DNA from: Paraglomus brasilianum
Lineage: Eukaryota
Length of the DNA: 49,000 nucleotides
Assembly: GCA_910592345.1 (NCBI GenBank)
Contig: CAJVPI010000146.1
Location: 1-49,000 of the forward strand
Direction: 5' to 3'
Below, piece by piece: positions 1 to 13,359 of this stretch. Every line of letters begins with the position of its first letter. Positions within the stretch are counted from its first letter, which is position 1. Made by a program: the position numbers and the translations under genes. Under the pieces are notes generated by a model, which saw only the letters and a list, made by a program, of their open reading frames with translations, was not told where the DNA came from and searched no databases.

Positions 1-183
1 ATTGACGTAACAAAAATAATCGATTTTGGTATCAATTGAAAGCTCTGTTTCTCGTGTACGCGTCTTTGTTATTGTTTGCGCCATACAAGGTAAAAACAAT
101 TCAAATTATAATAATAATAAAGGTAACAGTAACAGTACTAATAATTGTCCGATACTGTAACGATACTAATACCAATAAGAACG

Positions 184-627
184 ATGGGTAAAAATGCTGA
201 ACTTACTGTTGTCGAACGAGCACAAATAGTCGGATTATACAAAGGTGGCCATAAAAAGTCCAGACATTTGCAGAATTATGGACCGACCAGAATCTACAGT
301 TAGAACAATACTTAAACGATATGCAAATTCGGATGCTCCCAGAAATCTTGTAAATTTAGAGGAGAAAATCCCGCGAAGAGTCTTCCTCAAATTAATTGAT
401 AGTATGCCTCAACGAATAGAAGCATGTATTGCCAATAATGATTGGCTAACAAGATATTAGTATTTCATTAAGCTAAGACAAAAATAAAAAAAAACCGCGC
501 AAAGGTAGTGTATATGTCGTGCATAAATCCCGTCAAAGTACCCCAAAATTGAGGAGTCCCTAAACATTTTTCTTATTATTATCTCAATCAGCGGATAAAC
601 GCTATGAGTTATGTAATAAGACTACTG
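184..627 (+). mobile_element. Internally deleted Tc1/mariner element (transposase N- and C-termini only)
   Basis: ATG at 184 gives MGKNAELTVVERAQIVGLYKGG, then a frameshift into ...PESTVRTILKRY (Tc1 HTH), joined directly to the Tc1 C-terminal LIDSMPQRIEACIANNDWLTRY* (460). No DDE domain. Possible right end ...ACTACTG|TA at 627; left end not seen in window. Confidence 0.75.
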
Positions 628-792
628 TAACAATAACAGCAGTAACCCTTGTGTTTTCCTACCAAGCATAAACTATAGTTACAATATTCACTATTTTATT
701 GTTATGTAATATACCATTCTCAGTTACAAAATAAAGTTTATTTTTTCCACATCAATTGTTTACATCCAATATTTAATATTAGAAGTCATACG

Positions 793-1030
793 TCAAGTAC
801 TTTTACAACTAACACTAGCTTTATGGAATCGATTGTCATACATCTGTTTTGCTTTTCTACAACCGCATTGGCCATCAACGCATGTGTCTTTACAACCACA
901 CATTATCCGTCGACCGCTGCTCGATGCAACCCCCACTGTGCTTTGGGGTCTTTCTCAATATTACTTTTTTTCTGTGGTATATTACCCAGCCCAGGAAACT
1001 CTGCTGCTTCCAGGATCGTCAAAGTAGATA
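793..1030 (-). mobile_element. C-terminal remnant of a Ginger/TDD-like (KRBA2/SCAND3-like) integrase with CXC Cys cluster
   Basis: Minus strand reads LEAAEFPGLGNIPQKK, then a frameshift into ...GVASSSGRRIMCGCKDTCVDGQCGCRKAKQMYDNRFHKASVSCKST*. This resembles the CxCxxxCxxxxCxC...CH...C tail of these integrases, with two Cys decayed (TAT, TTC). Confidence 0.55.
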
Positions 1031-1957
1031 AATGGGTAATCATGCTGACAAATGGTGGTCTTATATTGAGATGTTTAATGTCGGTATTGCCGTTAATCGG
1101 TTGATGGATCGTATCTGCCCGCATGAACGTTTCGCCTCCCATTCTTTCCGGTCTGGCTGACAAAGGATTTAGGATTAGTAACTGTGCCCAATTTATTATT
1201 GACTTCCCTATCCCACCGAGCATCATAGCAGACCAAGGTGCCCTAATGGGTCCGGTGCTGCTTACTGCCGGCATTAGGCCTTTGACACTAGATAGCAAGT
1301 ACCGTAGCGATCTGTGTGCCAGCACCAGTTTTGTGGCTCGGCGAATGGCCGAGGTATCCGAGTAGACCACCAGTCATGCCTCCGATACCTGCCGATAAAA
1401 ATGGATTTCACTACCCTTTTGTAACTATCAAGAAGCATCCGTGCACGTTCCTGTCGGCTGGCTGGATTATAGAAGCAACGCAACGATGTCGTTAATTTGC
1501 AGCTTTTCGAGAACTGACGCGTTGTGACACAACATCATTACACTATTGCTACTTGTACCAGTCTATAATTTGTGCTGTCTACGAGACTGTTCTGAGGCTT
1601 TCGTCCATTCGAAATAGTGGATAGTCATATTTTCTAACTAGATTTTCGATGTAACAATAATTTTTTGCCGTATTATTATTTCAATGACAACCTTGGTGCA
1701 ATTGATGTTCACTCTTCCTGTGTTCAAACAAAATCATGCTGGGGGATATTACATGATGCAGTTCTATTCCCGCAAGCGTGCCAGAGGTACTCGGCGCTTT
1801 GTGCCATGACGACAGCAAGCTGTACATGATGGTTGATGATCTCTATTGTTTTTGCACTTTCAAGACTATGAGAATAAGAAAATACGAATATCTAGAAAAG
1901 CGTTAAGAGTTTCGGGACACCGCGGATATATAAAAAAAGTGAATGTAGAGAAAGGCT

Positions 1958-2429
1958 TTAAATGACGACAGCGGTATCGACTCCAGCAGACAACTGCATT
2001 ATAGACAAGCCCATCCACCGTTTCAATAGCTGCTTTTGAAGGTGATTTGGATATACTTTGTTTAGCAGCGTATGATGAATAGCTTCCAAGCGTTGTCGTT
2101 TGCTGCATGTTGTTGTTGTCCTAATCTTGCGCTTTTTTCCTTGTTTGGGGTTTTCGTCAGGCGACCCCTTGCTTGATTGTAAGGATATCTTGGGAAAATT
2201 CGTGCTCGTCGGAGGTCGCTTTGTTGACGAAAACCATAAGTTTTGTAGTATGGGGGGAGTGAATGAGGTCGCGGCAGAGTCGGTCACAATGGGCCACAAT
2301 TTCTGAGACCATGCCGCGACTTTCCGTTCTTAAGTTCGTAGGGAGAGCTGTTGAGTTGTTTGTAGGTTGTAGCTGAGGACCTCCTTTTGCTTGAACCCTT
2401 TTTTGGTGGTGGTGGTGGTGGTGTAGCAT
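1958..2429 (-). mobile_element. Decayed IS607-like element: serine-recombinase TnpA overlapping a Fanzor2/TnpB N-terminus
   Basis: Frame A (2157-2429): GMVSEIVAHCDRLCR...KLMVFVNKATSDEHEFSQDILTI, matching the IS607 TnpA DRLxR region. Overlapping frame B (1958-2299): LWPIVTDSAATS...NLWFSS...NFPKISLQSS...KVYPNHLQKQLLKRWMG, then a frameshift into LVYN (TnpB/Fanzor HTH_OrfB motif). No RuvC part visible downstream. Confidence 0.75.
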
Positions 2430-2669
2430 TGAGGAGAGAGTTATGTGTTTACGATTTTAAATGATTTTTCAAATTAGCAAAAAATTGACGAGTTTGGGGA
2501 AAAATGTCTTTAAATATGTTTATAGTTGTCGGCATTTGAATGGCGGAACTGAGAACGCGCATAAAACATGCAATCTCATATGAAAACGGTTCTGAAGCTC
2601 TCGGCAATACCCAAGGCAAATCCGTCCGAGTGAGGAATGATTACGCCGACCACAAAGGCTCCAAATATA

Positions 2670-3198
2670 CAGTGCGCGAAAAAAGTTTTTGGAATAAAAT
2701 GCATAAACTCTATTTCCTTCCAAAATACGCGTCTAATAAAAACAGTCAACTAATACGTTTTGTTCTTATGCATGTAATGCCGACAAGAAACTCGGTTACA
2801 TAACTTTGTTACTTGTGTCATTTGTTTTATTTGTTTACACTTTTCGTTTTGTTATTAAAAATACAACGACAAGGTTTTGATTGACGTCGCAAGATCATAA
2901 CCACTCTGTGGGCAAAATAGTATTCAAGATGTCTACACTCTACATAAATTAACTTTTGTTTTGCCTTCTTCCAAGTATACGATGTTAAAATGCTTAAAAT
3001 AAAGGGTTTTGAGAAGAGCTTGGAAAAAGCACTTATGTTAATTTGAAAGCATGCCGTCAAAATTGAATAAAATAATGGACAGAATGGTTTAAGATAAGCT
3101 ATTGAGCAGCAATATGTTGTACGATGAAGAACGAATCTGTTCATTTTTCGCTACACAATTAATAAAAATATTATTCCAAAAACTTTTTTCGCGCACTG
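2670..3198. mobile_element. Tc1/mariner-type MITE (529 bp)
   Basis: Perfect 28-bp TIRs CAGTGCGCGAAAAAAGTTTTTGGAATAA (2670-2697 / 3171-3198), TA on both sides. Confidence 0.92.
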
Positions 3199-3323
3199 TA
3201 GTTCATAAGTGTGCTTTCTATATTATAGTAATTGCCATACAAAAATGAGTTATAACTAGAAAACTCCTCCGGTCAGTGCACGAAAACTTTTGCCTAGACT
3301 AATTTTCATTTGCCTCAGAATTA

Positions 3324-3504
3324 CAGTCGAACCTGGTTATAACGAAGTTTGCTTATAACGAAGATCTGTTTATAATGAAGATGAATTTCTCTAAGCTAAT
3401 CGTTTTTGAGATCTGGCTGGCTATAGCGAATTTCATTAAGAACACCTGGTTATAAGGGATATTTTCTCTGGTCCCATAGGATTTGTTATAACCAGGTTCG
3501 ACTG
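3324..3504. mobile_element. pogo/Tigger-type MITE (181 bp)
   Basis: 20-bp perfect TIR CAGTCGAACCTGGTTATAAC, TA flanks, internal TTATAACGAA-like subrepeats. Confidence 0.9.
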
Positions 3505-6189
3505 TATTATTATTATGGATAGTATCATTCTACATTTTAATTTTGCATAACCATGATCTAAACGTACTAGCCAGTTAGCGAAAGAATTTCTTAGAAAGAG
3601 CGAAGTGAGACAATTTGCCTAATTTGACTACATTAAATTTAATTAATTTAATGAAAAATCACCATCAATTGGTTATTGAAAATAATGGGGGTGACAAATA
3701 ACCATTTACGTGTTTCAAGCTCTGAATTACAGTGTGTTACAAAAGTCTTTGGACACAAATATTCTGCCATAACTTCGACATAATAGCATTGTATCACATG
3801 ATTAAATACTCGTTTGGAGCTAAAAATTAGATACTTTTATTTAAAAGTTAATTAGGCATTCGTTATCCATGAGCAGGGGCACAAGAATTGTTATCGAAAT
3901 TACGCACTCATTAGGCTTTGTTCCATGAACGACGTATAGTTTGATTTAGCATATGCGATTACATTGTAGAAAATATAAGCAACGAGTAAATTTTTACCAC
4001 CTTATCTTCATGGTTTACTCTATACTCAATAAAAATTTTTATTTTGCCAAAAAATTTGATAAATTATGCGATGTAAATTAAGAAGAGGGACTGCAGCACG
4101 TCGAAGTATTAATCGAACAGTAGGTCAAAAGGCAGCGTAGAGAATCAAGGGCGCAAATATCTGTGCGCAATATTATCTTACAAGTAATGATACAAAATCG
4201 ACAAAAATACACGCTATGACTCTGCTTTCGAATCACTGATATGTGCAAGTCTTTTCGCAAACAGGTAGGATAATCCATCTCAGAATTTAACGATGATTAT
4301 TAAAGAAATGCTATCATATTCTGAATTATAACGACAAGAGCTAGAGAATTAATCGGAATATTATCTACGGCGTATATCTAAATCAACATAGAGCATATGA
4401 TATGCCCATTACATTATGGTTTTTTTTGAATTTCAGTTCGTGATGAGATACAACATCCTTTTTAAATGAAGAACAGCAGGAACATGATGAGTACGGTGAC
4501 ACTAGAACTCAGAGGTATGTTACTATGATGTCAAGTAGGCAGACTTGGGGAGGGAATAAGTTTTCATCTTGCTGAATGTCTTGTCCAGCAGTATATACTA
4601 GATGCTTAAGGTGCAATCAGAAACAGATTAGATCTGATCTTTAGTGGTTTTATGTGTTATATCATATTAATATAGGAGGAGCGTTTAATAGTTTATAGCA
4701 TATTTGCGATAAAATATATTTAATACATACATATTAATTCATTGACAATTGCACAAGACACTTATGCCGTTAGACCGTCGGCGAAATGAGGATTACAAAA
4801 TTTTTCAGATTAGAATGCATCACGTGATAAATTACCATTTTTAGTAGGATAAATGAGAATTAGCACCCGTCACACGAATGTGTGCCATTTTACTCGCACT
4901 ACTTTTGCTCCAACCAATGTAAATTGTCTATATTTATAAGTAATTAATGCATTCTCTAGAGTCACGTTACCATAATAGCTTGTCAGTCTGGTATGGATAT
5001 TACAATTGGGGAGTTCCGTAATTCGACTAATCGAGTTAGTATTTAATCATTGCTATCTAAATCAAACTAGTCTTAATATTAATACGTTATTCTTCCCGCA
5101 AGGGATTACGTTCGGTCCTTCGAATTAGAAGAGATATTCACAGAGAATAATGACTATCGACAAACCTTCTCATTGTTATGCTTAGAATCAATTGCAGGCG
5201 ACCATTATGGTACGAGTAAATTGCAGACCCTTATGAAAGATGGGAACGCTTTAGTGTCGAAACTATGCCAAGTTACAGGCGGTTTAAGTTCAATTTTTTT
5301 TACAGTAGATTATAGCGTGAGAACTGATTGATGTTGCGCAGTGATTGACCGTACAATACATTCAACAAAACCTGGATAATTGGCCAGCCTTATATCACAT
5401 GATCAATACATATAAATCACTTCGGTTTTTCCCCTGTTAATGCATTTTCTTGTCTGCATATTTTTCAACGTATGTATTGTTAATAGCTTGGTGTACGAAT
5501 AACAACAACAGAAACAGGGGGTCTAATAATCGTAACAAATGTGGTAAGCCTTAACATAAAGATTAACGGCATTCTCTTAATAATGATGCTATAACTCATG
5601 CTCATACATCTGTTAAATGTATGCAGTTTTGCCGGGTGTGAAACATCTACACTCATGTGGCTTGGAAAATCGCTAAACATATACAATTTGCTATAATATA
5701 AATATTGAAGTGTTAATTAACTTTGCAAATTAAAGGCTCTCTCTGCAAGTTGGAAGAATTGTATAACGAGACATAGCTGTTTGTTCTGCCGAAATAAGAG
5801 TCTTATTCTTTATTATTATGGTAAGATTTCTTTTCCTAAAAGTTATGATCGACGCATAAATTTTTGCAGATTGATTGACGAACAATAGGTCAAGTGATCA
5901 TATGTATTTTATTTATGTTATATTCTACATGTAGGTGTGATGAGAACATGGGTTGTATCACATCCAAAGGTTTAGATGCTATAAAAGGGAACTCGTGTAG
6001 CGGTGAATGCCCAAATTTGCCCCTGTAAAATCACCATCCAGAAAGGGGCCGAACGGTATGCATATTAATAAGTAAACGTGTCAGACTGACTTTTGATCTC
6101 ACTTGGAGACACATTTTTTGTATTCGAACTGGGAATAGGAAAAAAAAGTATGAAATAACCACAGAAAATAAGAAAGAACAAGAAAGAGT

Positions 6190-8500
6190 ATGGACAGAGA
6201 CAAAGTGTTTGATGTTATACTAGGAGGACTTGTAGTACTTCATGTGTTCATATGTCCGTTTACAAAGGTAGAGGAGAGTTTTAACTTGCAGGCAACTCAC
6301 GACATATTGGAGTATGGTATATCGAAAGAAAGCTTAAATAAAGTCAGTCCTCATACAATCATTATTTGTCTTTTGTTTTTGTTATTCTATATTTCTAACT
6401 TTGGTTTGACTCTAAATAGTATGACCACTTCTCCTTCCCGGGTGTAGTCCCAAGGACGTTTATCGGCCCTCTACTCCTCGGAGGAGCTGCATATCCAATA
6501 GTGGAACTGTCGAAATGGCTTAACCCTAGACTACAGAAATTATGGATACAATACCTTGGTAGGTATGCAGAGAGAATGAAGGCGAAAGCATGGTCGTGGG
6601 TTTGACTTTTCCAGTGAGTCCCATTATTAATATGTGATTATGATAACCAGCTAGAGAAGAAAGTGTTTACAACCGTTTTTTAATAATCTAAACTGTTTCT
6701 AGTTAGAATTATACTCGGGTTGTCGACTGTATTTGCAACGTCGAAACTCAGAGGAGCGATTAAGAGATCTTTTGGTCGACCCATCTCGATAGGCTTTATG
6801 TTGCTCTCGATGTGTCAATTTCATACCATCTTTTGGATAAGCAGAACGCTACCTAACATGTTTGCCTTTCCACTAAGTAAGTCAAATAAATCAGCCTCGA
6901 CTCGCCCACTCCATGTATTTTTTTCGTCCTAATTTGTCATTCACGTGATCTTAAATTCCGCAGCAATACTTGCATTGTCTCATTGGGTTTTATCGACGAC
7001 ATCAGCAAACCCATCCAAACACATACGATGGCTGATAACATATGCAACTATTGCCAGCGTGATCTTTCGCTTTGAAGTTGTACTGGCGCTTGGCCCGATC
7101 CTTTTGTATACCTCGAGGATACACAAGATTGGATTTACGGAAGTCGTCGTCGGAGCGAGTGTTGGACTAGCGAGTTTGGGTAAGGAGGTTGGTTGACATG
7201 GTTGTCAAAGGGAGAAAACTTTGATTTGGCTCTCACTATAAGACATCTTCCGGTCACTGTTGTCATAACACTCTAATGTCCTTATTGTATGTATAGTAAC
7301 GTCATTAGTAATCGATTCATACTTTTGGCAAACATCATGGATGTGGCCGGAGGGTTCGGTATTCTACTTCAATGCCATACTCGGAAAAAGTGTTGAATGG
7401 GGCGTACGTATCTCTCTGACATATCATTTTCCTATAAGTACGACCATCAATAGACCCACACTAATTATCTTCTTTTTTTTTTATCCATAATCAGGTTTCC
7501 CCATTCCATACTTACTTTACTGTGTTCATTCCAAAACTATTGGTGGCGTCTCTTCCTTTGAGTATATTTTCTCTCATTGTGGATGAACGTACACGCTTGT
7601 ATATATCACCGATCATGGTATTTGTAGCGGGATTCTCGTTACTTGGACATAAGGAGTGGCGTTTTGTTGTATATGTGGTACCAGTATTCAATCTATGTGC
7701 TGCGGTTGGGTGGGTTCGGATGTAAGTATTCGAACTGTGTGCATGAAATAGACTCTGAAAGGTGTACAAGGTGAATCAGAAATTTAATATTTTAATACTT
7801 TGCACATCTTATACTATCAGCGAACAGAAAGCATCAAAACTATTGTATAGAATCGTCAGATACATCATAATTGTTGCATTGATCCTGAGCTTCATATCGA
7901 GTACGGGAATCCTCATAATTTCAAGTTACAACTATCCTGGTGGTGCGGCACTCTTTAAATTACACAATATCGAGAAAAACTATACTCAAGGTAAGTCATT
8001 CTTCCGTATAATGAATACAATTCTATTTCCACTCTCTCTAGCATTATATTTCACTTGTTAAACTTATGTTAGAAACTGATCTGTATCTCCCACGATCAGC
8101 TCGAGTGCATCTAGACGTATATACTGCAATGACAGGAGCATCACGATTTGGAGAATCAAGAAAGGACTGGATTTATTCAAAGGAGGAATCCCACTTTACT
8201 GCGGAAGATTATTCCAACTATACTCACATACTCACGCATACTCCGTTATTCCACGAAGATCGTTTTGTAGTTGTAGATGTTGTTTACGGATACGAGAAAG
8301 TGAAAAGAAAGAGTGTGAAGGAAGTGATTGAAACATTGGGGGATATTACTACGAGAAAAGCAGATGGGGAAAGAATCAAGATGGATTATGATGGTCTTAA
8401 AGTGTTTGCCACGGGATTAATCGATACTATCTTTAGACTATTTCCAATCGAGATCGTAATCGAGCCAAAAGTATGGATTATGAAGTCAAAGACCGCCTAA
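6190..8500 (+). CDS. ALG12: Dol-P-Man-dependent alpha-1,6-mannosyltransferase (GT22), about 8 exons
   Basis: Motifs [66 protein letters not shown] across GT-AG introns (e.g. 6343-6419 keeps frame). Confidence 0.95.
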
Positions 8501-8965
8501 AATCTTTTTATGATAGTTATCTCGTTCAAGTTACATTAGACTCTCATCCGGACAATTCGCTCCGGGCGTTTGCAATTCGATCACGTGTAATGACTCATTG
8601 CCAATCGCAAATTCCTCTTGACATACATAGTGTACTACAATATTAGAAATTAACTATCATTATCCGTATTTCTCCGTAAAACGTCACCATGTGCTGCACT
8701 AATTGGTAAATCGTCCAACGCACAATACAGCAAACCAGACCCCCCCCAAACCCGATATCCAAACAAGGCCTGAGCAGAGCAGTAAGAAGTAAAAAAAAAA
8801 AAAAAGACGAAAACATTGCAGAGCTCTTGTAGTTTACATATATACTTTATAACACGTTCTAGCGAGCAAATAAAGCAAGCGAGGTCTTGCAAAAACACTT
8901 TTAGATAGTCAAAATATTCTCACTCAACTCCTTTACATCGACTTCCCTGACTGCGCCACTTCGAG

Positions 8966-11900
8966 ATGACTAATATGTCGAACCGCAAGTCCTTTAGAAA
9001 CAGAAAGATTGACAATAAGAAACCCATACGTATATACTTAGAAGATGAAATAACTGACCTCGACGAACTCACTGGGGTCGCTCGTAGCGTACCAGTTATT
9101 GAAACAGGAGTAGACAAAGATGAAGAGGAGGTGAGAAAATTTTATTATTGTATTCCTATAGTATTATTACGCCTAGAAGTTTCTTAAATTCAACAATTAC
9201 AGAATATGTAGAGTAGCAACCAATAAAACCCATGTGGTAGACTATTGCTTTCTTTATTTTTTCGACTTCAACTATCACCGTATAATAGCTTTTCTTCGGA
9301 GAAAAGGCTTTCTTATTACTGCGGCGCAGCATAGCGTTCCGATATTTTCCTTTGGATGATCTTTTAAGAGTTTGGTTAGATCTAGACATGTATGCACCAT
9401 CGATGTAGGAAATGATAACAAATCTATACTGGAATAAACTAAATAAAGATACTCTCAATTGATCATATTAATGGTTTCATTCAAAACCACTTTAAGAACT
9501 TTTATTAGTATTTTATTCACCTAACTTTTCCTCGTTCCTTTAGGAACTCCACCTTCAAGAAGCATTAACAGCCGCATCAGCAGTATTAGCAACTGGCGAT
9601 CTATCCAAAGCAGCAGTAATACCGACTCCACACGCACGACGTGAAGTTCCAAACTATGACGAATTATATGGCAGCAAGACATGGACAGATCCGTGCAGCT
9701 TAATAAGATTCTCTACACCAATCGAAGAATGCGTTGGGTGCCCATATACGCTTGATGAGGAAGACGATCGATGGCTGACGGAATATAACAAAAATGCACA
9801 GCCAACCGCACGGATAAGTGAAGACTGCTTTGAAAAAATAATGCATCAGTTTGGACAGAATTCTAAGCGGAACATAACGGTACGTTGTATTCATTTGAAT
9901 TTAGAATGACAGAAGCGTGTTTCTAAAAACTATTCAACATACTAAATTGGATATTGGAATTGTTTTTGTTTTGACAAATATAGGACCTAAAAGAACTTCC
10001 AACATGGGAACAGATGGAGAAATCGTGGAGCGAAAAATTAATGATTCCAAAATCGTTAGCACATATTGTGTATCCTCACTGGAAAGAACGACGTATAAAG
10101 CGTGGAGGTCGTCCGATTATACCAAGATTAAAAGTATATATCGTTTGCCATTTACCTCATTTGCTCAAGTGTTTTTGCCTTTTCCGTCTAGCTAATCAAT
10201 GGACACATTTCTAACCTGTACATTCCAGCTTGAGGAAACATCTAGAAATGAGAATGATCCGTATGTCTGTTTCCGTCGACGAGAACTCAAACCACTCCGC
10301 AAGACACGGCGCACCGATGCTCAGTCATTGGAGAAACTACGTGGTTTGCGGCGTGACATTGCCCTTGGTAGTCGGTTGGTGAATATGATCAAAGACAGAG
10401 AAGGCACACGAAAGGAGATTTTATCTTTATCAAATACCCAGTTCGAAAAGAGGTATTTGATGAAGAAAATGCAACAGCGACTGGGTATTCAGGAATTCGA
10501 TCAGGATCTGAAAGAGGTCAGTAACTGAGTGAGATGAATTGAAATTTGCTATCTGCTGTAAGTAATCGTATCGTACAAATGTTGATACCGATGTTGATGG
10601 TTATTTTCAGAAAAAGACACGGAAAATGTCTTATACAGACGATAGGGATAACGGGTATGTACATTCAGCGAATGATTGAATGTGTGGTTGTTGTTTTTTT
10701 ACGAAGAAAAAGATTTAACATTTCTTGTTATTGCAAAACAGTCAAATACGAATAGCGACACGAAGAGGTTCAACTCCCGCAGATGTTGGATACGTAGACC
10801 TTACTGATGTGAGTTATGTGAAAATTTTATATTGTAAAATTATTTTTTTTCACTATATTCTAACTCTCCACAAATTCTTTATAGTATCCTTACCAAAAAC
10901 CACGCAAATCTCTTTCCGTTTCATACTATCGACCCAACATACGTGGCCGTACAGACTCTCAATCACACAGTCAGCCGTTTAGAGCGTCATATGTCCGCTG
11001 TCGTATCGGAAGAGGCGGTCGTCGGTATCTGGATCGTCGAAGTCTTAGATCACCAACTGTAACCGATTCTACCAATAAGGACATATATACATACGATGAC
11101 TTTATGTATGATAGAGATGAATTCAGTGACTATGCAGATGATTTGAACGATGCACAGCAAGATGATCTTGAGAAAAGGTATTTACAATTGTTTATGAGAT
11201 ACTTTCTCTTAAGTTTAGTTTCTACCACCAACGCATTTCTCCCTAATCTCTTTAATTTGCCTGTGGTATCAACTGTGTTGCTAATTTCCTTTTTGTTGAA
11301 CTCGATAGACTCGCTCGATGGTCGATACTGTCAGAAGAAGACTTGGCAAACCTCAGTGCCAAGGTTAGGCCGCCTCAATTACAATTACCAGCCCAGTCAA
11401 TGGCACAATCGAGCGACAGTCATAACTACTCAATGATCCCATCCAACGCAAACCTGTCGACAAGCCAGTTAGCACACCTCCGTCTTCTCCGACAACCTCA
11501 ACCACTACTCACCCGAATAAATAACCAGGCTGCTATGGCAAGGCGTCAACAAGCATCACCACAGAGAACACAGCAACCACAACAACCACAACAACCACAA
11601 CAACCACAACAACCGCAACAACCGCAGCAACTACAACAACCACAACAACCACAACAACCACAGCAGCAGCAACAACCACAGCAACAACCACAACCACAGC
11701 AGCAGCAACAACCACAGCAACAACCACAACCACAACAACCGCCACAGCAGCAGCCGCAGCAGTCACAGCCACAACAGTCGCAGCAACCACAACCGCCGCA
11801 GCAGCAACCACAGCAAGTGCGCACCATGCGTGCTACTGTAGCTGACGGTCAGACAATACATAGCTTAGTATCGTCTCCAACAACGAACGTGGTACGCAGT

Positions 11901-12434
11901 CCGATGCAAACAGCAACACAAGTAGTGGGAACTAATGTTCACCGGGATGTTCATCGGGGAATACATTTGCCCAATATGCTTCATCGTCAGGTGCAGCTAT
12001 CGAACAGTACTGCTCAACGCCAGAATCCCAATTCTAACACTACTTCTACCGCATCCAATGGCATTACATCGGGTGCGATCCTAGCCAGTCTGGATCGCGT
12101 GAAATTGGTGAATCCGAAACTAGCCCAACGGTTAGTATCGATGAGTGGTGTTCCTGGGTTGTCACCGTCAACTCATCTCCATCCAACGCATATCACACAA
12201 CCACAACATATACAAATACATCCACAAATGCTAGCCGGACATCATAACTCGCCCGCAAGTTCGCCGCTGAGGCAGAATGTGACTATAACGGGAAGCCCAT
12301 TGATGGGGAATAATAACCTTGTAGCGAATGGGTCGCCTGTGAGCATAGCGTCACCATTAGGGTCGCAATATCACCCATCATTGACACAGTCTGTACCTCA
12401 AGCTTCTACACATCACCAGAGACCATCGAGCTGA
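8966..12434 (+). CDS. EPL1: Enhancer of polycomb-like protein (NuA4 subunit), multi-exon, Q-rich C-terminus
   Basis: FRNRKIDNKKPIRI, ETGVDKDEEE|ELHLQ, YTLDEEDDRWL, VYPHWKERR, DPYVCFRRRELKPLRKTRR, RIGRGGRRYLDRR. Start may be 8975. Confidence 0.93.
11570..11815 (+). repeat. Coding QQP/polyQ repeat (CAACAACCA units) in EPL1
   Basis: Tandem 9-bp CAACAACCA/CAGCAACCA units. Confidence 0.95.
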
Positions 12435-13359
12435 GGCTCAGAGTGGGAGGTGGAGTTGAACGGAGTTGAGTTGAGTCGTAGTTTTGTTTGTGTTCACTAG
12501 TAGTTGAATACTCGATTTGATAGTTGATATTTGCTCGCTATGTACGTCTTTTATTGAATTTGTGCTTTTTACTATTTTTGCATTACTCTTTCGTGTAGTT
12601 ATAATATGTAAATAATTATGAAATGTCGTTAACGCTGTTTATAGTTCTTCTTAAAGAGGAAAAAACTAATATTAAAGATTTTTTCACGTCCCTGGATATT
12701 AACTTTTTTTCTTGCTCCATGATGACATTTATATTAGAATGGCGTATGATTCGTGTCTCTTCCAAGTTTTTATCATAACTCCATCCTGTAAATAATATTC
12801 TCATTTATAAGAAAATGATGATGAGATAAATGATTCGTAACATATTTTTATATTCCCCTCCTCTTTTTGCTTTCTTTTTTTTGTATATCTACATTTTCGT
12901 ATTCGTAAAAAAATTTTGATTCTGTAATAGCCAAGTTTAAGAAAAAGAGCAATCGCCTACTGATTACTTGAATAATCGAATTGTATATATCGAATTTTCC
13001 AAACACAAATTAATACTTATTTCATTTATTCGGAAGACTAGCCTAATCATTTATTATTAATACACCATCTCCTCCCATGTTAGTATATACTTGTATATGA
13101 CAAATCCGTAAATTATGTCAACTGCAAGTCGATACGATTGTAATTACTCGAATGATAACACAAATCACGAGTAAAGCGATAACGAAAATTAGATGTCTGA
13201 TACTAATACCGAGTAGGAATAGGTTTTCAGTCAGTCCGATATAATTTACCTACATCATAATGTTACTTTACACGTTACAAATGTCTACCGTTTTGCTCGT
13301 GACTTTTATAAGATTTCTCAATCAAATCTCTCTCATCCAAATCAACAGACCTCGATTCA

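Noticed and set aside
1030..1870. ORFs between the Ginger tail and the Fanzor fragment as the missing Fanzor RuvC
   Set aside because: No DPG, E or DRD-type motifs and no Zn finger recognised; identity unknown
3730..3756. TA|CAGTGTGTTACAAAAGTCTTTGGACAC, a Tc1-like left TIR
   Set aside because: No partner TIR found, so the element extent cannot be defined
4430..6060. Scattered plus-strand exon-like segments upstream of ALG12
   Set aside because: Could not be joined into an open frame or matched to any family
10884..10892. GTATCCTT, resembling a U12-type donor in EPL1
   Set aside because: It is the acceptor AG plus exon start (TAT CCT = YP) of an ordinary intron
11533..11827. Minus-strand poly-Val/Ala and Cys/Gly-rich ORFs
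   Set aside because: Antisense shadows of the EPL1 QQP repeat; not metallothionein-like genes
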